The notes under the pieces are model-generated. The model worked only from the letters and a program-made list of their open reading frames with translations, did no database searches and had not been told where the DNA came from. The translations under genes were made by a program, and so were the position numbers. A stretch of 64,000 nt of DNA from Lepidodermella squamata (lineage: Eukaryota; Animalia; Gastrotricha). Every line of letters starts with the position of its first letter. Positions within the stretch are counted from its first letter, which is position 1. Location: assembly GCA_047495785.1 (NCBI GenBank), contig JBLDXI010000038.1, positions 372,001 to 436,000 on the forward strand, written 5' to 3'. Below, in pieces: positions 1 through 12,612 of the stretch.

Positions 1-1692
1 CGTGTCCAATCAGCTGGAAACGAGCCCGCCTTGAAAGACCGTCCATCGCCTTAATCTTACTGGCCATCGATGGCGGTTGCTTGGCTGGAATCTTACCACC
101 AAGGAGATAGCTAGGCAGATCCACGGTCGGTGGGCTGAGGTCCCGAGGCACAAAGCCTAGATCACCCGGCTTATAGTGAGGCAGAACCGCGGCTAATTCA
201 GGCAAGTTTCCAGTCCTGAGGTACGCAGACTGAGCACGGCTAGTTGGGCTAGCCATTGACATGGATCGCGTAGTTGCTTCAGTTCCCCAAGCTGTAGGTG
301 GCGGCATCCGCTTGATGTTATCAAATTGCGGGCCTAACTTCAGGTCAGCGGCAGTGCCAAGAACTTGCATCAAACTGAAGAGCAGAGAATTTCTTGACTC
401 AGTTGCTCGCATTTGAACTGCCTCGTCGCTGAGACCAGCGAGCGGCTCGGAAAGAACAGACGACACGCTATCAGCGCATTGACGTAGGACAGATCTAAGC
501 CTGTCAGCAATAACTCGCTCATCGGCTAGTTGCCTCTGAGTTTCTGCCAGCTGACCGCACACTGACTCATGCCTATCCAGCAGCTCTTCCATCTTTTCAC
601 GTACACCCGAAACTTGATCTGTGAGGACTTCGCGGTCTTTTTGAATCTCTTCTAGCGAAGCAATCTTCTGTTGAGCGTCCTTGAGGGAAAACTCCATATC
701 CTTGCAACGCTCGGTCATCATTTGGAGGACCTCGGCACCACCTGCCAGTTTTCGTGCCATCAATTTTTCCTGCTCTTCCAAAATTCCAATCTTCCGCTTG
801 TGCTCCTTCTCTTTTTGCCTCAAATCGTCGTTTTCGGACACGAGCTCTAGTGCTTTATCACTGAGTTTCTTAAGCTGCTCTTGCATAGCAACGTTTTCAC
901 GAATCGTTCGTTTCGTGGTTTCAGCCATTTGTTTGTTTGAGACCCGGCGGAATTCTGCAGCCATTTCGTTCACTTTGACTGAAATTTCATTCTTCAATCT
1001 GTTTTTATCTTCGACGTTCTTGCGTTCAAGCAAATAGATGACTTCTTTCTGATGTTCTTCCTGGCGTTTCAAGTCATCCAATAACCGCTTGTTTTCGCGT
1101 TCATGCTCCTCGCGCTTAACCTAAAATTGTTCATATGCTTCATGAAATCCCTCGATTATTTAATCGAACCGTACCTTGAATTCTTCGAGGGCGTCCAGGT
1201 TATTTTTAAGCACCGTGTTCTCGTGAGTGAGCCGACTGACGTCTTCTGAATTTTTCTTACGCATCTCGGCCAGCTGCTTTTCATAATTTTCTTTTTCTGT
1301 ATCGCGCTCCTGTTTGACACCGACGATTCGATCCAATAAATCAGTGATCTCATTTTCTGAAGAAAACATGCCGTCATGTGAATATTGGTTGTCAAAAGAT
1401 GCTTACCCTTTTGAACCAATGCCGTTTTGTAGTGTTCGATGCGTTCCTTCATCTCATCTTTTAGCAGATGAATCGAGTCGACTTCACCTTTCCGGCCAAC
1501 TTCAAGTTCATAGCATTTTTCTTGATAGCGGCCAAGCTGTTTCTCCAAATCTCGAACCTGAACGAGAAAGTATTCACGGGTGTTCTCCGGTGGCGGCTTT
1601 TCGAGCTCAGTTTCCAAGACTGGGTCCTGCTTTTCCTTCTTTTTCTTGCCCTTTTTATCACCCGCCGACTTTTTTGCCTTTTTCGGCGGCAT
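1..1692 (-). CDS. CFAP157: Cilia- and flagella-associated protein 157-like coiled-coil protein (3' end runs out of window)
   Basis: MPPKKAKK..KKGKKKKE basic N-terminus then 'REYFLVQVRDLEKQLGRYQEKCYELE' coiled coil; exons 1692-1407, 1356-1175, 1120-<1 joined in frame by GT-AG introns; frame still open at base 1. Confidence 0.8.
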
Positions 1693-2501
1693 TTCTTATT
1701 TGATGTAACACTATAACAAACAGTATAATGGCATTTATAAGCAATAAAAATACCTATGAAAATGTTTCTGTTGGCAAATTTTCTATGCGGAGATTATAAA
1801 GAAACCGCCCAGATATGGCATTCTATGCTATCGCATCCATGAAAGTCTCGACTGAAGAAGCAAGTAGAGAGGAAACCCAGAGATTTGTGATGTTTTCCAA
1901 GCTTCATATATTGAGACTTGAAACGTCAGTTTACGTCTACAGTCACATCGTTTATTACGGCTTGCTTTTCAGAGAAAGATGCGCAGCTAGCCAACTAATG
2001 AATGAGCGCAATCGCCGAAGTTGACGAAGTATTTAGGCTTTCAGTTGAAGTTGGGAGCATCAGCAGGTTTCACGCAAGTGCCGTACGAGGCGGTCTAGGG
2101 CCAGCAAAGATAACGCCAGGTTGACATGGTAATAAAAATATAAAATTACGAGAACGTTATTTTTTAGTTTGTTTAATTGATATTATCATTAAAGTAATTT
2201 GGTTGTCAAGATCAAGTTTCAGTTAGCGCGCACCGAATTTTTCCGCGGCGGATTTTCTTATTCTAAGTCCTTGTTTTGCTGCGGACCTTGCTGAGCTGCC
2301 ATGAGCCATACGCCGTACCTGGCGAGTGTCGGGGTTAACATTTTTGTTGTTAGCATTAAAACTGCATTGAGCTCAGGAAATTTTCATCCTTTAGCTCATG
2401 TCCGATTTCCGATTTGTTTGAGATCTTGAGAAGAAACGCTGAGTGATCTTGCTTGTACATTTTAGATTTCGTTTACACTCGACCAGTCATCGCAACTTTA
2501 C

Positions 2502-2792
2502 ATGCAATCATCTGTTGGCGATCGTAATATCGTTCGTCTTGATCTCAGTATTCGTGACGCTGAACGACGCTGCCTGACCTTGACAAAAATCGAGTTCGAA
2601 TCTTTAATTCGAGGGGCTTTGACGCGGCTTTTTGGAGCATCATCGCATAGCATCGTATACAGTCTTGCTGAACAAAAGGCTGATTCTTACGCTGTCGAAG
2701 TCAGGCGTAAAGACCTGCGAAAATTTCGTGCTGCTCTCACTCTGGCTGGAGAGCTGAAATTTAGTTGTCACATCTCTTCTTCTGAATTTTGA
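2502..2792 (+). CDS. RPP14: RNase P/MRP subunit, Rpp14/Pop5-like family
   Basis: 96 aa; 'EFESLIRGALTRLFG...VEVRRKDLRKFRAALTLAG' follows the RPP14 pattern (FKQLLISAVKDLFG...LVKLWSSLTLLG); acceptor-like TTTTAG at ~2465 upstream. Confidence 0.7.
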   Translation: MQSSVGDRNIVRLDLSIRDAERRCLTLTKIEFESLIRGALTRLFGASSHSIVYSLAEQKADSYAVEVRRKDLRKFRAALTLAGELKFSCHISSSEF

Positions 2793-2809
2793 AAATTTTC
2801 ACTGTCAAC

Positions 2810-4453
2810 ATGCATTCTAATAACGGAACGGCAGAACACCACGCCATATTGTCGCCAAAATTTATTCGTCTTGTCGCCTTAACTTCTTCCATAGAAATTG
2901 CTGATGATCGATGCCTCAACGCCTTGGCACAAGACGTATCTTTTCGCTTGCGTCAACTTATTCAATTTGGCCACCTGTTATCGAAAAGACAGGGCCGTCA
3001 ATGTTTCTCGTTTGAAGATGCCGAATCAGCTCTGCGAATGGTGTGTCCCAAATACGTTAGCCTCGGTCATCACTTTCTTTCGTCGAATCCTCGATTTTTG
3101 CGAGTCAAGGGTACTGAATTGTACGAGGCTGAGCGCTTGGGCTATCTATTGCCTGGATTAGCTCAATCTGCCCTGGCTCTATCCTTTTCGACAACCAGCC
3201 CAGTGAAACTAGTTTCGGAGTGGTTGCCTGACCCCCTTGCCGTGGTCATCAGTAACACTACTGCTCAGCAGCTTCCTCAACCGCATCTCATGAAGCGTCG
3301 TCGAATCATCATCGAAGACGATGACGACGTGAAAAGTGACTCTCAATTATCAGAAGACCCCATCGACGTTTATTTACGCCAGCTCGTCATGGGGATTAAC
3401 CATAATCATATTGGATCTATATGTGCTGATCTGCTAGTAAATGATCGGTTGTATTCCGTACTACCGCGCCTTCTTAAGGTTTTGTCGGCTATGTCGCACA
3501 CCCGGATCTCCAGTCAACTCATGATTCGTGTGTTGCGATGTCTTCAATGTCTCATTATAAATCCTTATGTTTCTTTTATCGGTAATACGCCGTCGCCTCC
3601 GCTATGCCTCTCATTATCTGTGGACATGTGCTTTTATGCTATGACCAGTGCTCGTCTGACTGTTTCCTTTGAAGATGAATCGGAATCAGAAAACGAAGCA
3701 TTACTAGTAGCTTTAATTGCTGCTCAAACCGTTTCTGACTTGATAATTAAGTACGCTCCGCTGATCGGCCATGATGAAGTGAAGATTTTTCTCAACCGTT
3801 TGATTTCTGCGATAAAACAAGCGATATCAGTCCAAGCGCCTCAGAAAGCTTACGGACCACTGATTTGCCTAGCCTTAATAGCGGATCGTTCTGCTGTAAC
3901 TCGAGCCTTTGTAGTTGGTGCCAAGCCTTGGTCCGTGTTAAGTAAGATAGTTGCGGTGATAGAAAACGCATCAGATCAGTCGTGTAAACCTGTGATGAAG
4001 CAGCATTTGAGCGAGGCGTTATTACGCCTTCATCGGTCAGTGTATGACAGTTCCTGTGATAAATCGCCAATTTGTATTACACTTGCTGAGCTATTCGGTC
4101 ATTCTAACACTTCTTCTGTTATTTTGAGGTCGAATTTCGCAGTGGCACCTCGTTCCAAAATAACTTCAAGTTCTAATGTAGAACAACCAGTGACTAAGCC
4201 TGGGAAGCCAACCATTCCTGAAGTGAAGCCTGTTCAAAATAGACCCAAAATTACTATACGGCTGGGCCCAAGCGAACAACGCGTTAACCCGGTGCGCATT
4301 AGCCGCGCGATTCTTCAAAGCGCCCAATCGTTGAAACCAAAGCAGTTGAAAATTCCGCGTTCGCTGCAGCAAGGACGTATGCTATTTAAAAGGAAATCGG
4401 GCGAAAGAGTTGATCCAATTCATTCCTTGAGCTTTTTGTGGCTCACAATATAA
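2810..4453 (+). CDS. TAF6L: TAF6-family histone-fold protein, most like TAF6L (SAGA); intronless
   Basis: N-terminal H4-like fold 'IRLVALTSSIEIADDRCLNALAQDVSFRLRQLIQ...FSFEDAESALR', then HEAT-like helical region (LQCLIINPYV); first ATG 2810; AATAAA at 4457-4462. TAF6 vs TAF6L not certain. Confidence 0.7.
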   Translation: MHSNNGTAEHHAILSPKFIRLVALTSSIEIADDRCLNALAQDVSFRLRQLIQFGHLLSKRQGRQCFSFEDAESALRMVCPKYVSLGHHFLSSNPRFLRVKGTELYEAERLGYLLPGLAQSALALSFSTTSPVKLVSEWLPDPLAVVISNTTAQQLPQPHLMKRRRIIIEDDDDVKSDSQLSEDPIDVYLRQLVMGINHNHIGSICADLLVNDRLYSVLPRLLKVLSAMSHTRISSQLMIRVLRCLQCLIINPYVSFIGNTPSPPLCLSLSVDMCFYAMTSARLTVSFEDESESENEALLVALIAAQTVSDLIIKYAPLIGHDEVKIFLNRLISAIKQAISVQAPQKAYGPLICLALIADRSAVTRAFVVGAKPWSVLSKIVAVIENASDQSCKPVMKQHLSEALLRLHRSVYDSSCDKSPICITLAELFGHSNTSSVILRSNFAVAPRSKITSSSNVEQPVTKPGKPTIPEVKPVQNRPKITIRLGPSEQRVNPVRISRAILQSAQSLKPKQLKIPRSLQQGRMLFKRKSGERVDPIHSLSFLWLTI

Positions 4454-4506
4454 AAGAATAAACTTAAACAACTTTTTATCTTATATTACTTATAGTGTAT
4501 TTAATT

Positions 4507-7500
4507 ATGGCAACTGAACTGTTGAAACCAACGGATCTAACAAAAGATGCCCTACTCAAAAACTGTGGTGATGAAGCAAACCGAACTACTTACCTGCATT
4601 CCGTCGTGTATAGCTTAGTGATTGGTCAAAGTAATATCGATGAATTCGTTCAAGATTTCAAGGAGCTAATCGTAAGCTTTACATCATGACTATGATAATT
4701 CTACTGAATTTACGATTTTCTGTAGATGAGCAATCCTAATGTCGCGGCAACTTTTCTCGACTGTATTTGGCTCGTTGAGAATGAGTTGGTGCTCCTGCCG
4801 TCTCAGAACGCGTCGAACAAGCCGCAACAAGAGCGACTTGCCGCGTTGGTCCGAAGTCTTTCCCAAATCCTGCCCAGTTTAGTGCGAGAACGGCTCGACC
4901 CTGAGCTGCTCGAATCGTCGAAACTCATCCCGTCGAAAGACATGTTTTCACAGAAAATCGTCAGAGTCAAAACTCGTCTCTTCTATAAACAGCAGAAGTT
5001 CAATCTACTTCGCGAGGAGTCGGAGGGCTACTCGAAGTTGATCGCCGAGTTGTCGAACCCCGTTTCGGGTAGCACCAAAGAAGGCTCGATCAGATCTGCA
5101 AATTACCTCCGCTCTCTCATCGGTTGCTTCGGCCTCGATCCCAACCGAGTCATCGACCTAGTTCTCGAGTCATTTGTACTCGACCTCGATCACACAGACT
5201 ACTTCATCGAGTTGTTGAGGTCGATGAGTAATGACCGAGCGTCGGTTAGTCAAATTCTGGGGCGAAAATTCGCCACATCCCCAGCCGAAGCGTTACCATC
5301 GTTAGCCACCGCTTCCGCCCGCTTATTGTGCCACGATTTGGTCGACATGGAGATTTTGTACGCCCACCTCACGCCAAGTGATGCTGATATCACAGCGAGG
5401 GCTCAAACCGACCTCAACGAGGCGAAGCTGAAAGCTGCCAACTTGAATGTCATCGTTCTGGGCGGCGGCAAGTCCGATGAAGATGCGGCTGGTAAAGCTG
5501 AAAAGGACAAAACAAACTCATCAGCTGCTGAATTTCCGTCGTTCTCTTCAAATCAGAAACTGCTGTTGATCCACGCCTTGTTGCGTGACGGCGCGTGGTC
5601 TGAGGCGAAACGGCTACTAGACCACCTAACGCCAACTTTCGCGATGGCTGAGCGAGCTGTTTCGCTTGCAATGTCGCGATACCTATCAGCAATGATCGCA
5701 CCCCTATTCGAGCAGAGTACCGGTTTGCCGGAGCAGCTACTCGCCAACCTCAATTCGTCCACCTCAAAAGCCGCTGAAGACCTGCCGCAGTTGGATGAAA
5801 CTCGCGTTTGCCGGTCGTTTGAAGACATGGTGAAAGTCGGTTTTTTCCCAATCCTCTACTACATCGGCCCTTACCTGTCGCGCGATTCGATTTTAATGAT
5901 TCGTCTGCTGCGTATTTTCAACGCATTCATTCAAACAATCACTCCTACTAATTTGAAGCCTGATTCGTGGCAGGCCAAGTTCTATTTCGCGATGGTCAGT
6001 GCGTTTGACGACGTGATCCTACCATCTCTGAGCCTCATGCCGTCGAATTGCGTCGTTTCCGAACACATCTGGCTCGTTTTGAAACAAATGCCGTATTTAC
6101 ATCGCTACTCGCTGTATGGATCTTGGTTATCAGATTCGTACGCAAATATCGCTCCATTGATCCTGATGCGGGTAGCTGTGACTGAAAAGTGCCGTTACTC
6201 CGTGAAGCGAGTGACTAAGGACAATTTCAAACAAATCGGCCGACAGTTGGGCAAGTTGAGTCATGCCAACCCTGGTCCGGTTATCGACCATCTACTCGCC
6301 ACTGTTCAGAAATTCGACAATTTCATCGGCCCGCTGATCGATTCGCTACGTTACATGACGCAAATGTCGTTCGATGTCATGACGTACTGCGTAATGAGGA
6401 CGTTGGCTATTGCCGGGTCTGACCAAACCGAAGGAGCCGCTGCGTTGTGTTCATTCACCGGCCAGCTAGTCCGTCGGTACAACTGCGAAATCGCGGGTTT
6501 GTTGCAATTAGTCACCAACCAGCTTAAAGTCGGCACTTGCGAGGTCGATTTGGCGTTGCTTCGTGAAATCGTGCAAAAAATGGCTGGTATCGAGCCGTTT
6601 GAAGACGCGACCGATGACCAGATGGAGGCGGCGATGGGCGGCGATCTCTTGAAGAGCGAACTCGGCAACCTCGTCCAGCTTAAAGCCCTCAAAAGACCGG
6701 CGCAACGGCTGCGTGACTCCCTGGCTGAGGCGAGTCTCGCCACTCCGGTGTTCTTACTTGTGGCGAAGCACCGCCCGACAGCGATCTACAAGTCACCGAT
6801 GACTACCCACCTTAAAACTCTGGGCAAAATGTTCGACGAGTGCCAAGACACATTGCTGCAATACGGCACTTTCCTCGCTAATGTTTTGACAACGGCTGAG
6901 TACGCAACCGCTGTGCCTAGTATCAACAGTCTATTGTCAGAGTACAAAGTACCCCCAGATTCAGCGTTTTTCATGGCTAGACCTGTTCTGGCCGCTAAAA
7001 TCGGTGATCAGACAAAGGTTTTGACGAAGCAGCTTCAAACCAACCACAAGGAAGGCGCTAAGCCTGATAAAGAAAGTATTGAGAAGACGAAAACTCAGGC
7101 TTTCAGCGAGGCGGCTCGAGCTGTTTTCGGCGAATTGGCGAACACGATTCGATCGGTAACTGCGAATGGCGCGCCTTGTTTCCCCGCCGGTCTGTGGGAA
7201 GAACTCAGCTGTGAGTTGTATGTCGTTTTCTGGACGCTGGAAATCAGCGATATCTACGTGCCTGAGGGTGCTTACGATCGGTTGGAGCAGACGCTGCGGT
7301 CTCAACTGAAAACCGCTGAGGCCGAGGTTCAGGCGGCATCCGCTGGCAACAACTCGTCGAGCACTGTGAAGGCGAAGGCGAAAGAGCGAGATCGCTTGAA
7401 GAGTTCCATCGACCGAGTCAATGAGGAGCGGAATCGACAGCGCGAACACGTCGCACGGGTCATGGCTTGCTTGAAGGAAATGAAGGACCGCTTCTTCCCG

Positions 7501-10500
7501 ACTGGTAAACTTTTTTTTGAAAGATAACAATTCCTCCTTAATAATTTTTTTTCCAGAAATGTTGAAGCGCGATGTTATTGCGAATTTCTTGCAATATTGC
7601 ATTTTCCCTCGACTTCTGTTCAGCCAACCCGACGCAGCTTTTTGCGCCAAGTTCATTTCCATGCTCCATTCGATGCTTTTGCCTAACTTTTCGACGGTCC
7701 ACTGTCTCGATCGGGTAAGATTTTTTTTTGATTTTTTTATTCAAGTTTTAATGCATGAATTTTCATAGATATTTTGCGATATTACGTATGTCTTGTCGAG
7801 TTTGAGTGAGTCCGAATCGCGGCGATATGGCCGATTTGTTGCTGCTTGTCTCGAGTTAGTTCTCCAGTGGCACGGGAGTCGCGAGGTGTACGACCGCGAA
7901 TGCGGCACCCGATTTATCATTTCGCAGTCGAATGCGCAGAAAACACCGCTCGACTACGAAAATTTCCGCCATTTGTGCCACAAATGGAACTACCGCATCA
8001 GCAAGGCCATGGTGTCGTGCCTCGAATCTGGCCAGTACGTGCAAATTCGTAATGCCCTAGTTGTGTTGACGAAGTTACTGCCGGTGTATCCTCGTCTGGC
8101 GAATCACGGCCAAGCGCTCGAACAACGCGCAGATCGACTGAGTCGCGCTGAGAAAGAGCACCGAGCCGATTTGTACCAGTTGGCCTTCGCATATGGCGGC
8201 CAGTTGCGTAACAAAAAGTCAACCTGGGTTCAGGAACGCGATTTCCACCTAGTCGCTGAGGCTGCGAAGACGGCGGCTAATACTGCTTCAAACAACAATA
8301 CGGAAAACGGTCCGAAGGACGCTCAAAAGGGGTGAGTAGAAAAATCAGAAAATTTCAATGCAGATTTGTTAATCGATGCAATTTTGATAGGTCCAAAACC
8401 GAGCCGAGTAAGCGAACAGCTCCTCAAGCAAATTCGAATGCGGACGGCGTGTCGGCGGCAAAACGAGTCCCGGCGAGCGATGGCAATGCGAACAGCAGCA
8501 ACACATCAACTCCAGTGCGTTCTGCGCCTACCGAGGAAACGAACGGCCATAGCCGTGAAGGTATGTTGAACCTTTCAGAACTTGAAACTTGACCTTTTCC
8601 ACGTTGAGATTTGGGTTTGTCTCTTAGAAATTCTCCAGTAAATCGCAGGAAATTCGCAGTAAAAACTTGGATTATTAGATTTTGCGATAGGATTTGAATG
8701 CCTAATTTCAAACTTGTAGGATACTCCTTGTAAGTCAGTAAATCCCATCGCCGAAAAGTCTATCCCTTCAGTTTGAAGTTTGATTTCACCGATGTTTTTG
8801 AAAACATTGCAAGATCCCTCAGCTCGAATTCTCGAATTTTGATAAATTTATTCAAATTAAGGCGGATTTTCTATTTTTTTCATACTTTTCAAGACAGCTG
8901 ATGATCTATATTTTTTCACCATAGACAATAAGAGGCGTCGTCTCGAGAATGGTCAAAATGCATCGGCGGCGAGTTCGCCATCCCACCAAAACTCTGGTCC
9001 AACGTCTGGCGCGAATGGCGTCGTGACAAGTAACGGCGGCTCGGCGGCGGCGGCGACGACAAATGGCGTGTCATCATCGTCGAAGGTTGGCCTCTCTCCA
9101 CAGTTTCCCGTTGTGCCTGCGGCTCCCGTTGTTGTTAGCTCTACCGTTACTGTTTTAAAATCAAACTCAAAACCGGCGAAATCAGCCGCCAACCTAATTC
9201 TTCCTCCTGTGCGGCCCGGCGCCGTGAACGGCGGCCCGCGCACTCCTACTACCACCGCGGCGACTACGATTTCGAAGTAGTGCGCTGTTTTTTACCGCTG
9301 CGAGAAAATAGGGACGACAGCACATCGCCGTGTTTTTATGATGATGATGATGATGATGATTGTTTTCAAGCAGATTTTGAAGAGCTAAAATCTACTACCC
9401 AACTACCACTGATGAATAGGAGAGGATGAAATTTATTAGCAAATCGATTTGGTATCTTGGTGCTGGTGTGATCTCATCGTTCTTTCAACCAATATCGGGG
9501 CGGAATTTTGTTGCTCAACTGCAATCGGCGCGATGATGATGATGTTGAAGTTGGCGTTTGCTTGCGAGAAAAATGAGAAGTGAATCTAGAAGGAATCTAA
9601 AAGTATTGCCACTACTACTACTACCACTACTACCTCTTGTTTTAAACTCATCGGCATAAAAATTGAAAAAGTCACAGCCTTCAACCAGCGCATAAATCAC
9701 TACTACTACTACTCAGATAAAAGAACAAGAGTTACCTTCTACTTCGATTACTACACAAACCAACTTTTGGGGCGTGTATGTGCGTCAAGTCCGGTGCCCG
9801 TGCCTGGCGTGTTTTACTCAGTACTACTACTACCAATACTACTACTACTACTACTACCACTACCAATGATACGGTCAGGTCCAATCGTTCGTACGATGGC
9901 CTGCGCGGCCAAGCAGCGCCAACGCACCCCGTCGCACGTTTTCTGTTCTGTGTACAAACAGTCGGACAGGTTTTTACTTTATTTCTCGAAATCAATACTA
10001 CCGTATTTTTAGACTTTTTCCTCAACAAAAGCAGCATATCGATTATACCTAAGGAGAAGGAGGAGAAGAAGAAGACATTTCGCTGATTTTTTATACCTAT
10101 ATAAGCAGAACCATTGCGCTGATAGCATTTACCGCCGTTATTATTACTATCGCATCGACGTATCTGATTGTAGTTTCGATCTCCTAACTGAATTTTTCGA
10201 TTTCTCTCCGTTCATGATTTTAATTTGTTTTCCTGTTTTTTATTGGTAATATAGAAACTGTCGGTATCAAGCAAGGAGAAGGAGAAGGACCGGAAAAAGG
10301 ATGACGACAAGGAGAAAGACAAGGGCGACAAGGAAAAAGAGAAGGACAAAGACAAGGAGAAAGAACCTCGATCATCTGGTCGCGATAACCGGAAAAGAGT
10401 AAGTTTTTCGCACTACCTTAATTTTTTTCAATAATTCGAATTGTACATTTTTGATGATTTTTAAGAGTTCTCCTACGGAAAAATCGGGTTCCGACGTGAT

Positions 10501-10693
10501 TGTGCCGCCAGTAAAGCAGCAACACTCGGCCGCCGCTTCCGGGGGCGGTCACTCGCCGAGCCCGCCGAACGACGGCAATAATGGCCACGCGCGACAAAGC
10601 TCGCGCACCGCGTCGAAGGCCGTTGCTAAGCAGCCGTCATCGGGGACTGCGATTCCGGCACGCAGCGGCGCCGGTTCTGGTCGTCGTCACTAA
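4507..10693 (+). CDS. THOC2: THO complex subunit 2
   Basis: Diagnostic 'KTRLFYKQQKFNLLREESEGYSKLIAEL', 'LIGCFGLDPNRVIDLVLE', 'GRQLGKLSHANPG', 'YENFRHLCHKW', 'YVQIRNALVVL'. Exons approx 4507-4671, 4726-7504, ~7557-7714, ~7769-8331, ~8391-8560, ~8925-9085, 10255-10398, ~10467-10693 (K/E/D-rich tail). Confidence 0.95.
9338..9360. repeat. (ATG)n microsatellite in THOC2 intron
   Basis: About 7.5 perfect ATG units. Confidence 0.9.
9822..9864. repeat. Imperfect (TAC)n microsatellite in THOC2 intron
   Basis: tactactactaccaatactactactactactactaccactacc; shorter (CTA)n runs at ~9610-9635 and ~9700. Confidence 0.85.
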
Positions 10694-12612
10694 TTCTTTC
10701 TCATCACAGCAATTTTTATCGCGCGAACATAGACTCACTCTAGACATTATCGTCATCGTGATATCTCTTTAGTTGTTAGATTTTGTTCCTCCTTGTGGTC
10801 ATCAAACAGCAGCACAACTCATTTCGATGGGAAAAAAACATGAGCGGAACGTAGTGGTTCGTGATAAAAAACACAAAATTGCTGGGTGATGTGTACACAG
10901 ACTAATATTGCTAAAATTTGTATATCCACGAAAAAGATGATAATAATGATAATTTCCTTTGAAAACAATTTCATTTATCGCTTTTGAAATGTTTGCGTTG
11001 TTCTCGTCGAAGAGTAGCGCTGTACAAATGTTTCGTTAATTGATGAAAAAATAAAATAATTTGAATTTTTCAAACGTCGTTTATTTGCCTGGAAGAAGTG
11101 AAGTGTCTCGAAAGAAGAATTTTCTGAAGGGGCCAGATGTTTCCTTAACCAAAATTGAGGTTCAAACACTGAATTTTTCGCGGCTTCTGATCGACAAGGA
11201 TGCCCGCTATAACCCAAAGATATTAAGCTGTAACCGAAGCCTCAACAAGCAATCTTCAGGCATTCTAGCTACGAGCATCGAGACAGACAGGAGCAGTAGA
11301 TCGCACATTATTGTTAAGGCAAAATCAGCACCGCGCATGTATCAGCGTGTTTATGCGTCTGTTCTGTACTACGGAAATAAGCCGATCGTCGGCACTCACG
11401 TTCGGCAAGGAGATGCGAGGCGTCGGCGGCGAACGAGTGCTTCGGCCGTGCTCTTCTTGCCTCCACTTGGTCTGCAGAAATGTTTTCGCTGCGGTGGTTC
11501 GATGGCTTGCAGCAGCTTTAGCCCGTTTATTCTCTGCGATATATTATTGTTGAGTTGCGCTGTTCGACGCATAGATAGATTCTCGGTACGTTGATTCTTC
11601 TTCGTGTAGGTGCCGCCACGAGATACTCGTTGTAGCGAAGTGCCGCGCCATCGCTGCCGGGCCGACCGATGCGGGCCGTTTATTTTTATAACAACAACAC
11701 GCCAAACTCGCCGGCGTTTTTGCCATTACCGCTGCTATCTTCAGGCATTCTAGGGCGGCGAACCAGAGTGCGGGTAATGATTTTTCGAAGCGAGCATAAA
11801 TCGGAATTTTCGTACGCTGTGTTGTTCGCCCGATGTTTGTTCGGCACGCCTGCATATTTGCGGTTGTATAGACGCTCGCGAGCACCTCCCGCCCCTTATC
11901 TCTTGCTGCGTTTTTGTTCGTATGTTGCCCGTTTTTGTTCCGCCTTCAGCCTGTTGCTGAAGCTGCGTTATCATCCATCTTTTTGCCATCAAACACAGCA
12001 CCGTGCATGCATAATTTATTACGCGCCAAAAACTGACAGCAGGCGAGCGCGGGACTGTAATCGCGATATGCTCGCCGGCTTCAGGTACCAGGTACCAGCG
12101 AGTACCACATAGACACCGGCTATCAACGGTAATTGACTATGCGTGCTTGTTGTGGGCCTAAAAAACGCGATCGAAAAAACATCGAAAGATTACACTCGGC
12201 AACTCGTTCATTAGTGTGTTGCTTTTTCTCTTTCGATTTTTCAAGGTTTCAAGCGCGTCTCACTGAATCAACTGGGTCATAAATTCATCAGCTTATAGAA
12301 GTGCCAAATAATTTACTTCCGTTATTTTTCTATGAATAAACTCAAGCGAATACCATCTTCATTTTCAAGCAATAAACCTTAATTCGTTGGCGCCAGTCAA
12401 GTTCCAGTCTCCTCATTAAGTCAATTCCTCAATCGTCCAATCATTTTAATGAAGAGCCGGCTCTTCGAAATTCCCGGATATTTATTCTTCTTGACGAGAC
12501 ATTTAGTTGAGCTTCTTACATCTATCGCATCGATCGCATATATGATTCGGATCTTTTTCTGTCTGGGTTCCAGGTTTTCACATTTTTTTCACTTTAGGCT
12601 GGTTAAGTAAAG

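Noticed and set aside
11061-12112. 177-aa and 147-aa ORFs between THOC2 and the PDZ-LIM gene
   Set aside because: No domain similarity or splice structure; more likely GC-rich upstream regulatory sequence.
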